Source: Halocafeteria seosinensis (taxonomy: Eukaryota). From it: a stretch of 55,060 nucleotides of DNA. The DNA lies in the NCBI GenBank assembly GCA_001687465.1, contig LVLI01000061.1, forward strand, positions 1 through 55,060, given 5' to 3'. Under the pieces are notes generated by a model. It had not been told where the DNA came from. It saw only the letters and a program-made list of their open reading frames with translations, and did not search any database. Numbering within the stretch: the first letter of the stretch is position 1; each line of letters begins with the position of its first letter. The position numbers and the translations under genes were made by a program. Shown here one piece after another: positions 31,204 through 42,151 of this stretch.

Positions 31204-33495
31204 ATGCCGATCAGTTGTCCGTATACATGGCAAGAGACGCCACAAGAGGTTGAACTTGTGCTCACCTTGCGGGGCGTCTCCCCCACCAATGTCGATATTT
31301 TCTGTATGTATACCCTTTTTACTCCTCCATTTCCACTCTGTATATATCCTTACATGTTATGGCCTTGCAGCGACGGACTATTTTGTCCGAATCAATGCCC
31401 CACCGACGTATTTGACCACCATTGACTTCAAATTTGAAGTCGATGAGAGCCACAGCACGGCCCGTTTTGATGGACACACGCTCCGTATGGTCTTTCCCAA
31501 GAAAGATCCACATGCTGGACCTGATGGGGATGGTCTCTGGAAGGAGCTATTGTTCCAGGGGACGGCACAGGAACGAGATGAACGACGGAAAAAGGCTACA
31601 GAGGAGAAACAAGAGCGTGAAGCTGAGGTACGTTTTGGGGATCATTATGGTCGATTATTGCCACCATTACGCGATATCTGGGTATTTTCATCACTTCCCC
31701 ACTCTGCCCATACAGGAGCGAAAACGTAGAAAGGAAGCGAAACATGACTATGATCGGGATGTACTCCGGAAACAGGTTTGTGACATATTTGAACTGCATG
31801 ACGTTAGTAGGAAGGACCCACTACTGTTGTCTCCCTTGAGTTGCAGATGTCAGTAGAGCAATCGCAAAGGAAACATTTGGAGGAACTCAAGGAACAGGAA
31901 AAGAAAGCTGCGGAAAAGGACATGTATGAGACATTTGCAACGCTGCAGAAAGGAAATCGAAAGGAGAAGAGTTCGGACATTTGGACAGAACAAGATACAG
32001 ACAATGCAGCCCCTGCAAGTCATAGTGGGAGTGCTCCCACTACTGACGACTCATTACAGTATACCAAAACTCACGATGATGATGAGGGGACCGAGGAAGA
32101 ATATATACCGCCCCCTCGAAGTCTTCGTCAAGGCGGCAAAGCAAAAGTTACAGTTAAGTTTTCAGAGAGACCTTTTCCGACCCCATTGCGTGACAGTAGG
32201 AAAGGTAAGAAAGTCTTCCTTTGTTTGGATCTTTGAATTAAACACTATCAAATGCTTCTGTAATCTATGGCTCTGCAGCGGAGGAACAAGACTGGTTAAA
32301 GCAAAACCAACATAGGATAGATGCCAAGAAGCGGCGGGACAGAGAAAAACAGGGACAAGGTCTCAACCATTTAGAACAGAGAACTATAGATGAGCGAAAC
32401 CCTGAATGGCTAAAGTCAAAAGGCGATGAATTTTATTCTCAAGGAGACCATCTTGGGGCTATTAACGCCTACTCCGCAACACTTGAGCGCGATCCGGTCT
32501 TCATTTCTGCAATGATGAACCGTGCAGCTTGTCATTTACATCGTGGATCGCTACACCACTGCATTTTTGATTGTAGTAATGCGCTAAAGCAACTACCACC
32601 GTCCCCGCTGAATCCCCAATATGACGTATCTGACATCGAGGAAATGGTACTGAGTGAATCCAGCAAGAGTGACCTTTCACGAGTGGGTCTGATGACTGAT
32701 ACTTATCGAAGATATTCTCCTTCTAAACGTCATCTGGAAGGCAACCCGGAACAAAATGCGAGCGAGAAGGAGAAGACGATGATTATGAGAGCTCATATTC
32801 GCCGAGGCCGTGCTCTATGTGAACTCGGAGACTATGAGCGCGCTGCAGAGGACTTTTTAGCAGCCTCCTGCGTGCGTGCTCTCATTATAGGCTACGATAC
32901 TGAGAAGGCTGTGGATTTAAGCAAGTCTGCAGAGGTACACCCTGAATCCTCACTAGCCGTGGATAGACTATTTATGGGAATCAGAGCCGACATACGTGCA
33001 GCCAACAGGATGGTTGAGTGCAGCCGAATCAAGAAAGAAGCAGACTCGCTGTTCAAGAGAGGCCAACACAAGAAGGCAGCAGATCTATATTCCAAGTGTT
33101 TGGACATGGAGCAGAACTTTGCCGGAGCTCTAGCTAACAGGGCTGCGTGTTATTGGAAGATACGGAATCTTGGTGCCTGCGTTAAGGATTGCACAAGGAT
33201 TCTGGAAATCTTAACCAGCGTGGCCAAGTTTCAGCAACAAGAGCAGGAAATCCCTTCAGAGTACTTTCCCGTACCCAGAGAGGGTAGCGAAATACATAAG
33301 CGTCTCAAAGTAAGCAGCTTGATCAAACGAGCAAACGCTTACTACACAATGGGGCTGACACAGGATGCATTCCAAGATCTCAAGGGTGCAACATCTTTGG
33401 ATCCCGCCATTCCTGAGGTCCAGAACGACTCCAGAAAACTGGCGACCAAGTTAGCTGTGAGAGAAACTACAACTGACGAACCTCCTCAGTCTTAA
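31204..33495 (+). CDS. DNAAF4: Dynein axonemal assembly factor 4 (DYX1C1/PF23): CS domain plus TPRs, multi-exon
   Basis: N-terminal CS domain (YTWQETPQEVELVLTLRGV...DIF), IPPPR...VKFSERPFPTPLRDSR, ERNPEWLKSKGDEFY and C-terminal TPRs (NRAAC). Confidence 0.88.
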
Positions 33496-33915
33496 TACAC
33501 CTCATATGTGGTGTTTGCAATTCCAATCATGTAGAGGACAGTCTTCAGACAATTACACCGCACTTTTGAAAGAAAAGATGCTCCCACTAACAGTTGCCAT
33601 TTTTCTCCTATCCCTCCGCTATGTCTGTCAAAGTAGTTTCTTTCTGTAACAAGTTGCATAATGCATTCCCGGTTACTGGCTTTCCGCACGCACCAATAGG
33701 GGGGAGAAAATTCAGAGAGGGGACGCCCGTGGGACATATTGGAATGTGTTGTTATTATAAATGGATCCACCATATTGTATTTTGTCTTTATTTCTTTCTG
33801 TAATACATGACTCGTCAGGTAGCGGCTTGGAATTGTTATTTGGCGGTGTCGATAACCGTGTTGTGTTTTTTTTTTTTTTTTGGTTTTTTTTGGACGAAGC
33901 GTATAATCCTTTCCA

Positions 33916-35244
33916 ATGTCTTCTCCCCCTTTCCGTAGACACGCGGAGGAGCTCTCGTCGGATGCCGAGCGATACAGAAGCCAACGGCGCGCGGAGTTGG
34001 AAACAATGCTGAGGCGATGCGTGGGAAATAGGGATCGTGGGGGTGAGCGACAGGAACACGAGCAGCCACCTCGGAGCCGAACTGAGCCCCCTGTGGAAGG
34101 ATTAGGCGATGATGTCGCTTCTACACTAGAAGAGACTGAATCTGGACCTTTAAGGATATTTGCTCTTGGGGAACCTGAACCAGAGGCTTCGGAGGAAGCG
34201 CCAATTACCGATAGAGGGCAGTCCACCGAAACAGTGGCCAACGCCTCCCGGAGGCACAACCGCCGTAGACCTGCCGATCCTTATACGATACCTCGGGATC
34301 CCTGCGGTCGCCAATTGTCCGATGTCTATGCAATCCCGTCTGAAAACTTGTATCAAGACCAGAGACAAAGCCAAGCCTCCCGGAGGCAGAACCGCCGTAG
34401 ACCTGCCGATCCTTTTACGATACCTCGGGATCCCAGCGGTCGCCAATTCTCCGATGCCTATGCACTCCCGCCTGAAAACTTGCATCAAGACCAGAGACAA
34501 AGCCAAGATCCGTCTCCTACGGATGAATCACCCCACGTTCGCATGGCGACGAGGCCAGAGCGACCCACTTCCGGTAGATTGAGCTCTTTGTCTGCGCTGC
34601 GCCGAAGCGAACCCCGAGCTGCGTCAATATTGCTTGGCACTTCAATGGCCCCAGGAGATGAAATTGAAGGGGTAGACTACCCCGGAGGAGTTCCAGGGGA
34701 GACGTACAGCCGTACTAGAAACACCGGGGAAAATGTAATATCACAATTACTTGGTTTACGAAGGCGTGGAGACGACCAAGGAGAGGAGGCAGGAGGCGAT
34801 CAGCAGCGCCCCGGCAGAATTCGCCGGATCGACAATGAAGGTGACAATAGCTACTCCTCCAATTTACTCACCCGGGCGTTTGATCAGGCGGTTTTTAGCC
34901 GCTTTGGGCGGAATCAAAACGCAGAAGGGGATGAAGGCCCGTCGACTGATCCGCAACGGCCCGACAGAATTCACCGAATTGACAACGAGGATGAGGACAA
35001 CTACTCGTCTGAGTTTGAATCGTTCCGGAGAATACTCCTCTCCCGCTTTCGGCGTACAAACTGGACTCAAAACGCCGAAGAGGATGACATCGACGGTTCT
35101 TCCCTTTTTCAGCGACCAGGTGGCTTGCCAGGTTATCGTCGACGTCAGCGAAGGGTTGACAGAACCGGAAGAGGGCGAGGGATATATGGCGGCGCCGGAT
35201 ACAGTGTCAGCGGCTCTCCAATTCCGACTCCAGTCAATCACTGA
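33916..35244 (+). CDS. Hypothetical disordered R/E/D/G-rich protein with internal duplications
   Basis: 442-aa ATG-initiated ORF; 132-bp unit twice (34243-34506) and an older duplication of about 50 aa (QRPxRIxRIDNE...YSS). No recognisable domain. Confidence 0.6.
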   Translation: MSSPPFRRHAEELSSDAERYRSQRRAELETMLRRCVGNRDRGGERQEHEQPPRSRTEPPVEGLGDDVASTLEETESGPLRIFALGEPEPEASEEAPITDRGQSTETVANASRRHNRRRPADPYTIPRDPCGRQLSDVYAIPSENLYQDQRQSQASRRQNRRRPADPFTIPRDPSGRQFSDAYALPPENLHQDQRQSQDPSPTDESPHVRMATRPERPTSGRLSSLSALRRSEPRAASILLGTSMAPGDEIEGVDYPGGVPGETYSRTRNTGENVISQLLGLRRRGDDQGEEAGGDQQRPGRIRRIDNEGDNSYSSNLLTRAFDQAVFSRFGRNQNAEGDEGPSTDPQRPDRIHRIDNEDEDNYSSEFESFRRILLSRFRRTNWTQNAEEDDIDGSSLFQRPGGLPGYRRRQRRVDRTGRGRGIYGGAGYSVSGSPIPTPVNH

Positions 35245-35784
35245 TAACACGTTTGACTTGTTTCAAAGAAGATAAAAGACGTCATTAGGATTGGTATTAC
35301 TTTCGGGGATACACAAAGATATCGACTTAGTATGAATCACTGGATCAAAGACAAGTCTCCCACGGAAGTATAGACCTCAAGAGATGAGGATAATTTAATA
35401 AACTAGCCACATCTGGATCAGTTATTTTCTATTGTTCTCTCATGCGTTCAGCCATGGATATCAGTACATCCATGCGTGCGTAATACTCACAGATGATGCA
35501 GTGAAACAAACCGACTGAACAAGAAAATCACCGTGATAGTCTTCGACAGAGTTCACGTATGGACATTCAGCGTATACGTATGGTACCGAAAATTACAGAC
35601 CCGACACCTGTTGAAGTCTTCGAAGATCATACGACATCCGACTTTGCCTTGGGCATCATCGCTTCACTTACTGGTATTTGCCTTGTGCGCCGGTACCCTC
35701 CAGCTGGAAGCTTTCCCTACGAAGCAAAAGTTTCAAGGTAAGTTTGTCGGCAGAAGTTTTTCTGCACAAACTCAATCCCCAATA

Positions 35785-36020
35785 GCCTAGTGCGAACATG
35801 CTCCAGTCAGCAAATACGTCTGAAAGCATCATCTGTAATGATGGATTGATTGTACCGTCGTAACCTCAATGTTTGTAATCGAGACAATTCGCCCATACGT
35901 CGCAACGCTCCGCAGACAAGGTATGTAATTGAGACAACTGGCGAATATGTCTGAAACTATCATCTGTAACCGCCGATTGACGGTGCCAACTCATATTCAA
36001 TATTTTCAATTGAGATAATG
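35785..36020 (-). pseudogene. Degenerate leucine-rich-repeat fragment
   Basis: LSQLKILNMSWHRQSAVTDDSFRHIRQ-LSQLHTLSAERC/frameshift/LSRLQTLRLRRYNQSIITDDAFRRIC*LEHV. Confidence 0.7.
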
Positions 36021-36022
36021 GA

Positions 36023-36042
36023 TCTTCCGGCAGGAGCAATAC
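36023..36042 (+). repeat. Dispersed motif, copy C (20-bp core)
   Basis: TCTTCCGGCAGGAGCAATAC, 19/20 identical to the core of copies A and B. Confidence 0.75.
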
Positions 36043-36145
36043 TGGTAGACTGACGTGCGGACTTCAATGTGTTCGATCATAGGTGTATTCAACGGTGTAC
36101 CATTTCTTTGCTCTTGTGTGGTGATGGAGCTACAAATTTCAAGCG

Positions 36146-36907
36146 CTACTTCAAGCTAGTCCTCTACATGTGGTGGCCCACCGGTGGGACTCTTAGAAAT
36201 TAGATTGGTGACGTACGGCAACAGCAACTGCGGCCAACATGACGACAATGCTGGTGACCAGAGTCGCAGCGGCTTCACTGCACTCGTAACCCTCTGTAAA
36301 GTATAATAGGATCAATAATCTAGGCGCCGTAACTAACGAATTCCTGGCTTAACGGAGTATCTTACTCTTAACGGTATAGCTGGTTCCCGTGTCTTCGTCA
36401 GCGCAGCCACCTTCAGTTTCCGCTGATCCAAGTCTCCCGTTTCCGGTAGGTTCGTCCTCGCCGTCAAATTCAACGAAGTAGCATATGTAAAATTCGTGAT
36501 TTGCTTTCACTTCTACAAACCCAAAGTTACCTTTAGTACCAATGTTGCTGTAGCAGGACCAGAGATCAACGGATATGCGATCTTAACTGCTCACAGCCGT
36601 CTTACGTTATTTCCAGGTCGACGCAGCCCGTTTCCTCTCCTTCTGCCTCCACGCCGGAACCGAACGAACAAGTTTTGCCTGTCTCATTCTTTCCTGAGCT
36701 GGCGTCAATCGAACTGCAGATTGGCTTGCCGTCACTAGTTTTACCATCCAGTTTCCACTTGGCCCTGAGATAGACAATAGTGTACCGATAGTTCCTGTAG
36801 CACTTGTGACGTTCTTGTTTGGGGGCTTACTCCATATCGAAAGTAGCAGTGTTGGCACCGACAAACAGAACAAGCAACACCGCCAAAACCGAAGTGCATG
36901 TCTTCAT
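36146..36907 (-). CDS. Small secreted, probably GPI-anchored Cys-containing protein, 5 exons, 170 aa
   Basis: Exons 36907-36831, 36764-36606, 36547-36366, 36293-36217 and 36163-36146 join via GT-AG introns without stops. Signal peptide MKTCTSVLAVLLVLFVGANT; hydrophobic C-terminus SEAAATLVTSIVVMLAAVAVARTSLK. Confidence 0.75.
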
Positions 36908-37188
36908 GCTGATATATTGCTGCAAGCCATAGTGTACCATACCTTCAGGGTACAGTAATCGTTTCTCCTGCTTTTGAGTAACGGAAATTGCTAGAGAAGA
37001 ACAGAGCACAAACTGGGTGACACGAATAATACCGTCTTCCTCGTAGATTCTTCCGATAGGACGTATACAAATTGTATAATACAATACAAACAGATACGCC
37101 TTGAGCACAGAGTCAGCGTTGGGGTTTCCAGCAGCTGAAGTCTAAAATTAAATATGTCGCTCTTCATAAATTGTGCAACTGTGACATA

Positions 37189-37306
37189 CCCTAAAACCCT
37201 AACCCTAGACCTTACAAACCACACCCTAGTAGTGCCCTACATACCTTATACGGCGCCTTCCCTAACCCTATAACCGGCATGAGGGCCTCTCATTCCACCC
37301 CTAACC
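37189..37306 (+). repeat. Degenerate interstitial telomere-like CCCTAA(A) cluster
   Basis: CCCTAAAACCCTAACCCTAG...CCCTAG...CCCTAC...CCCTAACCCTATAACC...CCCTAACC. Confidence 0.6.
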
Positions 37307-38995
37307 GCTCTTTTTGTTCTCTTAGAGCTCCCGCTATTTTGTGACCAGGTTTTCCCGCTTGCTGGGGCCATTCCGCTTCCCCCACAAGATGCTGCGAAAA
37401 CGTATGCATGTACTCACGTTATTGAATATTGTAACTAACAATAAGTAGGGCTTCCGGTGCCTTTTCGAAGCAATTATCATTTGATTTTATTTCTTTTTGG
37501 TTTTCCTAAACAACGGAGCAATACATGTACCAATAGGCAGTGCGCCGCATAATGCGGCCCGCATTCAATGATTAGGCACCTGAACAACTGTGATGCACAC
37601 CCACACCGGCCACACCTGAACAACTGTGTGGTTCACAGTGGTTCCGGAGGACGCCGGTTAATGAACTCCCGAAGTTCCCGAACACCCTAGGATTTCCTAT
37701 CAAACAACCCATCGAGCTCTCCTGAGTATGTCAGCGGTAGTTTAAATGTCAATCGTATCGGACCGACACCAGCCACAGACGGGAGAGGAAAATGTGACTG
37801 GCGAGCCTGTGCACCTGACAACACAGGTCCACAACCGTCAATACGGTAGAGCGGCCAATACTGTACACACTGTAATTTCCCGCAGTAAGCAACTTCACCC
37901 CTCTTTTTCATCACAATACTGGTACAAAAATCCATCTCTCACCATCCTGCAACATCTCGTTTAGTACCCAGCATTCCTTGTCCTTCCGGTCGAATTTCAG
38001 GGGGATTGAGACTTATGGCAGAAAAAAAGTCGTACTACCAACCAACCTGAAGTATTTACTCATGTCTGAGCAACACAATGGTGGAAAGCAGTCACATATT
38101 TGCATTTGATGCCAGTATCCAAGAACAGTGAGAACCAGAGAACAATCGGACTTCAAGTCCACATACAGTGTATACCGGTACTGTACAAACACATTATAAA
38201 GTTAGCAAGACTTTCTGATCAAGCAACTTTCTCCAAGCTCGCAGATATGAAAGCCTATATAGCGTCTGTTTCCGGTATGTCATGATACCATGGATGATTC
38301 GAAAGGACTGAAACCGGAATTCCAGCCGCGCAGTACCAGCATCACGAAAGATGGTGCATTGTTATTTTCCCAACGATTCAACGTTATGATTGATCTTTGT
38401 ATGGTGCGAAGGGGATATTAATCTATTTATTGGAAACCAATGCAAACAACCGCCAAGGTTAACGTGAATGGAGAATGAATTCCTACAATTCCATGAATTC
38501 CTTCCCTGATTTCGACGTCGATAGGGCTCTAGTGAGTACCCTTCATAATCATACTTACAAGTAAAGGTAGAAAGAATATGCTATAATTGTATTTATGTGT
38601 AAATATGCAGGATAAAACACTTGGATCATTGGCTAAAGCACTGAGGAAAAAAGGGTAAGGATTCCAATTCTTCTTTCCTACAGCATAGAATTCCTTTCAT
38701 GGATTATCGTGTAATACAGGCACACTCAAGCAAGTCTATTCACAGGTACGGCTATCTTAATTCCAATTCTATAGACTGTTGCCTTGAAATTTTTGGAAAT
38801 GAGCCATTGCGGTACCTACGGCAGACTTGGTACGCGAACTGACCCGCGGGAGGAACTCCTCTTCGTGTGCATCTACGTTGAATTTTCGGGACACGATAAA
38901 TGTAAGTTCGCTTATTCGCCAGACTCTATCAATAAATCGTCAATCTGTGCATATGGCCCAAGTTTCAGCTTCTCGATGAGAATTCGGGAGAAGAT

Positions 38996-40720
38996 GTGGA
39001 AAACGCAATGGGCTGTCTGCACGAAATTTTAGAAGCGATGCCTTCAACTAAAGTGTCAAATCTACTTAGTACTCTGCAAAGCTGTGTTCAAGTCATTGAT
39101 CGTCAGACATCGAATGGCTCTGCTCGTGCTACGACATCTTGTTCTCTGAAGAAATCACGAACAAGTGGACATAAACGCGCGGAAGTGCCCGCTTCTCTCT
39201 CCCCTAAGAGTCCCAAGGTAGTTGGATTCGAGTTAGACCAAGATTCTCCGGAACAGTTTAGAAACAACTACTGGCTTGGCAACAGGAGGCATACGCGTGA
39301 ACATCAACAAGCAGCTGGGTCGGAGAGAGCCAACTGTCTGCAAGACGTTGAAGAAAGCACCGCGAATACTCCCGTATCCCCCCAGTGGAGGAAAGAGAGC
39401 AAGAAGCAGCAACTGCAATATGTAGCCAACGAACCGATCCGCAAACTACTAGGATTTCCAAAGCCAAATGGCTGTGGAGACTGGAGTGGTCTCACTGGAG
39501 GTTTTGAACGGCGACAGAAGCACATCCGATCAAAATCATGCTTCGACAGTTCCATCGACAAGAAACAAACAACACTAACTGTACCTCCGCTTTCCACCAC
39601 AGAACGAAGGAGTATAAGCAACGTCCAATCGAATTCACGTAATTTCAAATCCCGTGGACGAACACACGCAGTTGCAATGGACAAACACCGCCGAAAGCGC
39701 TTTACATTTCCGGTGAAATTGAGTCGTAGACCCCGTACATCCCAAAATTCGAGTGCCGCTCAAACAGTTAGTAGAGACGCTCCATCCGTGGCTAAGACAA
39801 CTAAAAGAGCGCTCGCTGACGACGACCATAATGCAAAACAAAATACTCGAGATGAGCAAGCAGGGGGTAAGAAGCTACCTGAGCATACTGAATTGGATCA
39901 GAGCGTCACCGAGTCCGCCGTACATCGGGTAAACGAATCACACTCCAACGGGCAGTCAAGTTTAAAGGAGATCGATCTGGGAAGCGTCGTAGTGAATTCA
40001 ACAGGCACTAGCGGTCTCCTATCAACTACAGCGGACAAAGTCTTCTCAGCGACGTCCCAAATACAACCGTCGGAAAACTTAAATGACTCGGAAGCCAATG
40101 CGGTAAGTGATTCGGAGACACTTGGCGGGGGAAATAGAGGTATTGCAATCCCCGAGCAAGGAAGCGAAGCAGCATCGGACGAAGTAGCATTACCCAACAA
40201 CGCAATTTTCCATGAAGATTTGAAGTTTTGCGTCCAAACTCCATACGTACCTCCTCAAGAAAATGTAGAAATGAAAGCCCCTAAACGACGTGGTCGCGAT
40301 CCTCACGGTTCCGGTGACCTCGAACCAAATACACCCTGTCAACACCCCGGGCTTCCCATGCCTCACTTGGGCAATGTGGATTGTGCTCCAAAGGAGCCTT
40401 CCGAGCTTGAACAGGGGCATTTTACTCCCCAACGCAGTCGACCATGGTCACTGTCGTTTCTGTCGCTTGGAAGTTGTAGCAGAGAAAGGACCTATCAAAA
40501 CAAAAAGCTCTCCAGTGAGCTCTTGAGCGCTTATGACCGAAAAGAGTCTTTACAGAAGCACTTCGGTCAGGAAAGCAGCTACTCACAGCAGCGCGATGGA
40601 CGTACACAACTATTGCAAGATATATCCAACCAGAAGAACAGTAGGGAGATCCCAGATACTCCGTCCTTAGAGGGCACCAACTATTCGCGAAGCGAGCCTT
40701 CCGACTCGACAACGGTTTGA
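38996..40720 (+). CDS. Hypothetical Ser-rich disordered protein (large terminal exon; 5' exons uncertain)
   Basis: 574-codon open frame. The ORF-track start is GTG; the first ATG is near 39008, and upstream exons at about 38700-38900 are possible. Confidence 0.6.
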   Translation: MENAMGCLHEILEAMPSTKVSNLLSTLQSCVQVIDRQTSNGSARATTSCSLKKSRTSGHKRAEVPASLSPKSPKVVGFELDQDSPEQFRNNYWLGNRRHTREHQQAAGSERANCLQDVEESTANTPVSPQWRKESKKQQLQYVANEPIRKLLGFPKPNGCGDWSGLTGGFERRQKHIRSKSCFDSSIDKKQTTLTVPPLSTTERRSISNVQSNSRNFKSRGRTHAVAMDKHRRKRFTFPVKLSRRPRTSQNSSAAQTVSRDAPSVAKTTKRALADDDHNAKQNTRDEQAGGKKLPEHTELDQSVTESAVHRVNESHSNGQSSLKEIDLGSVVVNSTGTSGLLSTTADKVFSATSQIQPSENLNDSEANAVSDSETLGGGNRGIAIPEQGSEAASDEVALPNNAIFHEDLKFCVQTPYVPPQENVEMKAPKRRGRDPHGSGDLEPNTPCQHPGLPMPHLGNVDCAPKEPSELEQGHFTPQRSRPWSLSFLSLGSCSRERTYQNKKLSSELLSAYDRKESLQKHFGQESSYSQQRDGRTQLLQDISNQKNSREIPDTPSLEGTNYSRSEPSDSTTV

Positions 40721-41886
40721 TCCTTGTGAGTGTTATTCTTCTGGAGTAAAAACACGGGCTCGTACGACTTCATTTTCGGAGCAGGTGTGTGATACCGTGC
40801 TTCATCCCATCCATATGTTTCAAGAAGTCTCCAATGCTCCAACATCAACGGAAGGCGGATTGGCCCTGCATAGGCACGTCACCAGAACATATACCCATGC
40901 AAAGGCTTGCAAATTAGCCTACATTCCATCCAACTTACCGTAACGACGATGCATGTTCCACACCAATGAATCTTTCCCTATTGGTACTGTGAGAAGCATG
41001 GTGCCATTGGGGCGAAGCGCAGCTCTGGCCTCATCCATGGCTAGTAGATCACCATCAGGCGCAATAGGGTCTCCATACCGCCCAAGTCCATCATGGTCAA
41101 AGCTGATGACCGAACCAATGAATAGTTTTGTGTAGGACCCCTTCTTCTGTTAGCAGAGAGACTTACCTGGAAATTGAAAGCGCGACATCGTGTTCAATTC
41201 TCTGTCGTTTTTCGGAGGATGCCGGGCTACTCAGTGCTTCATCAAATTCATCCTTAGTAATCGTGTCTATCCTTTCATGTTCATAGGTCAAGTTATTGTA
41301 CTCAATCGTGAGAACCGAACTGGCATTCAATGCCAGTGCCAATGTTTCAATTCGAGGTGCTGTCGAGCCGTAGACCGCAACTTTGGCTCCATTGAACATC
41401 TCTTTGTTAGCGCGTAATGCCTGTCAGCAGAGGAAACTATACATTTTCCTCTCAAACGACCGCGAAGCGAAGTGAAGAGAAACTTACCTTGATGACATAC
41501 AGCATGGCTTCATTCGAAACCAGTGCTGGAAGGATTGTTTCCGAGACTCCATGCAGTAACTTACTCGCCTCTTCGATTTGGGCCTGAATTTCATGTTGAC
41601 GAAATACGAGGTGGGTTCCCTTCCCTTCGCGGCTGTCGTCGACCAACAAAGTGTCCACAGGAATCGCTCCGCAGCGAGTGAACGCCCACCGTAAATCCGC
41701 GGGAATCTCATCGGGAGGTGGAGTCCCATATCCAAGAGGATACCGCTCAGGAACCAAGATACGGCTAGAGTTCGAGCACTCGGATCCGTAATCTTCATCT
41801 GGAGCATCTTTTGTTGCTTCCTTGGAAAAAGAAGTTGGAATCAGAGTTACGAGGATCAAAATCCACGAAGTTCGGATAGGATGCAT
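40681..41886 (-). CDS. DUF268-family (SAM-methyltransferase-like) secreted protein, multi-exon
   Basis: Signal peptide; VAVYGSTAPRIETLAL..VLTIEYN, S/SFDHDGLGRYGDPIAPDGDL, LTVPIGKDSLVWNMHRRYG/PIRLP, YEPVFLLQK. Confidence 0.82.
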
Positions 41887-42151
41887 TGTTGTTTTCTACA
41901 GCCAAAGAAAGAAGGTAGTTGGGATATTACACTTTACGCTTGTCTACATTCATCCACCTTGTTCCTTGAGGTAAAACAAAATTATGCAACGAATCAATCC
42001 GCTTTCGATACGACTAACTAAGCAAGTTGCAACCCTTTGAACGAGCCAGTGCTTCAACTTTTCTACAGGCCAACGATTACTCTTGCCGATTGCTGATTCC
42101 ATAGGGTGATCATAGCTGAACACGTAGACAGAAACTAGTCCATTACATCTA

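Noticed and set aside
35533..35790. Short plus-strand ORFs ending near a GTAAG donor-like site
   Set aside because: No recognisable domain or convincing downstream exon.
37680..38780. Possible decayed coding sequence
   Set aside because: Stop-ridden in all frames; no family could be recognised.
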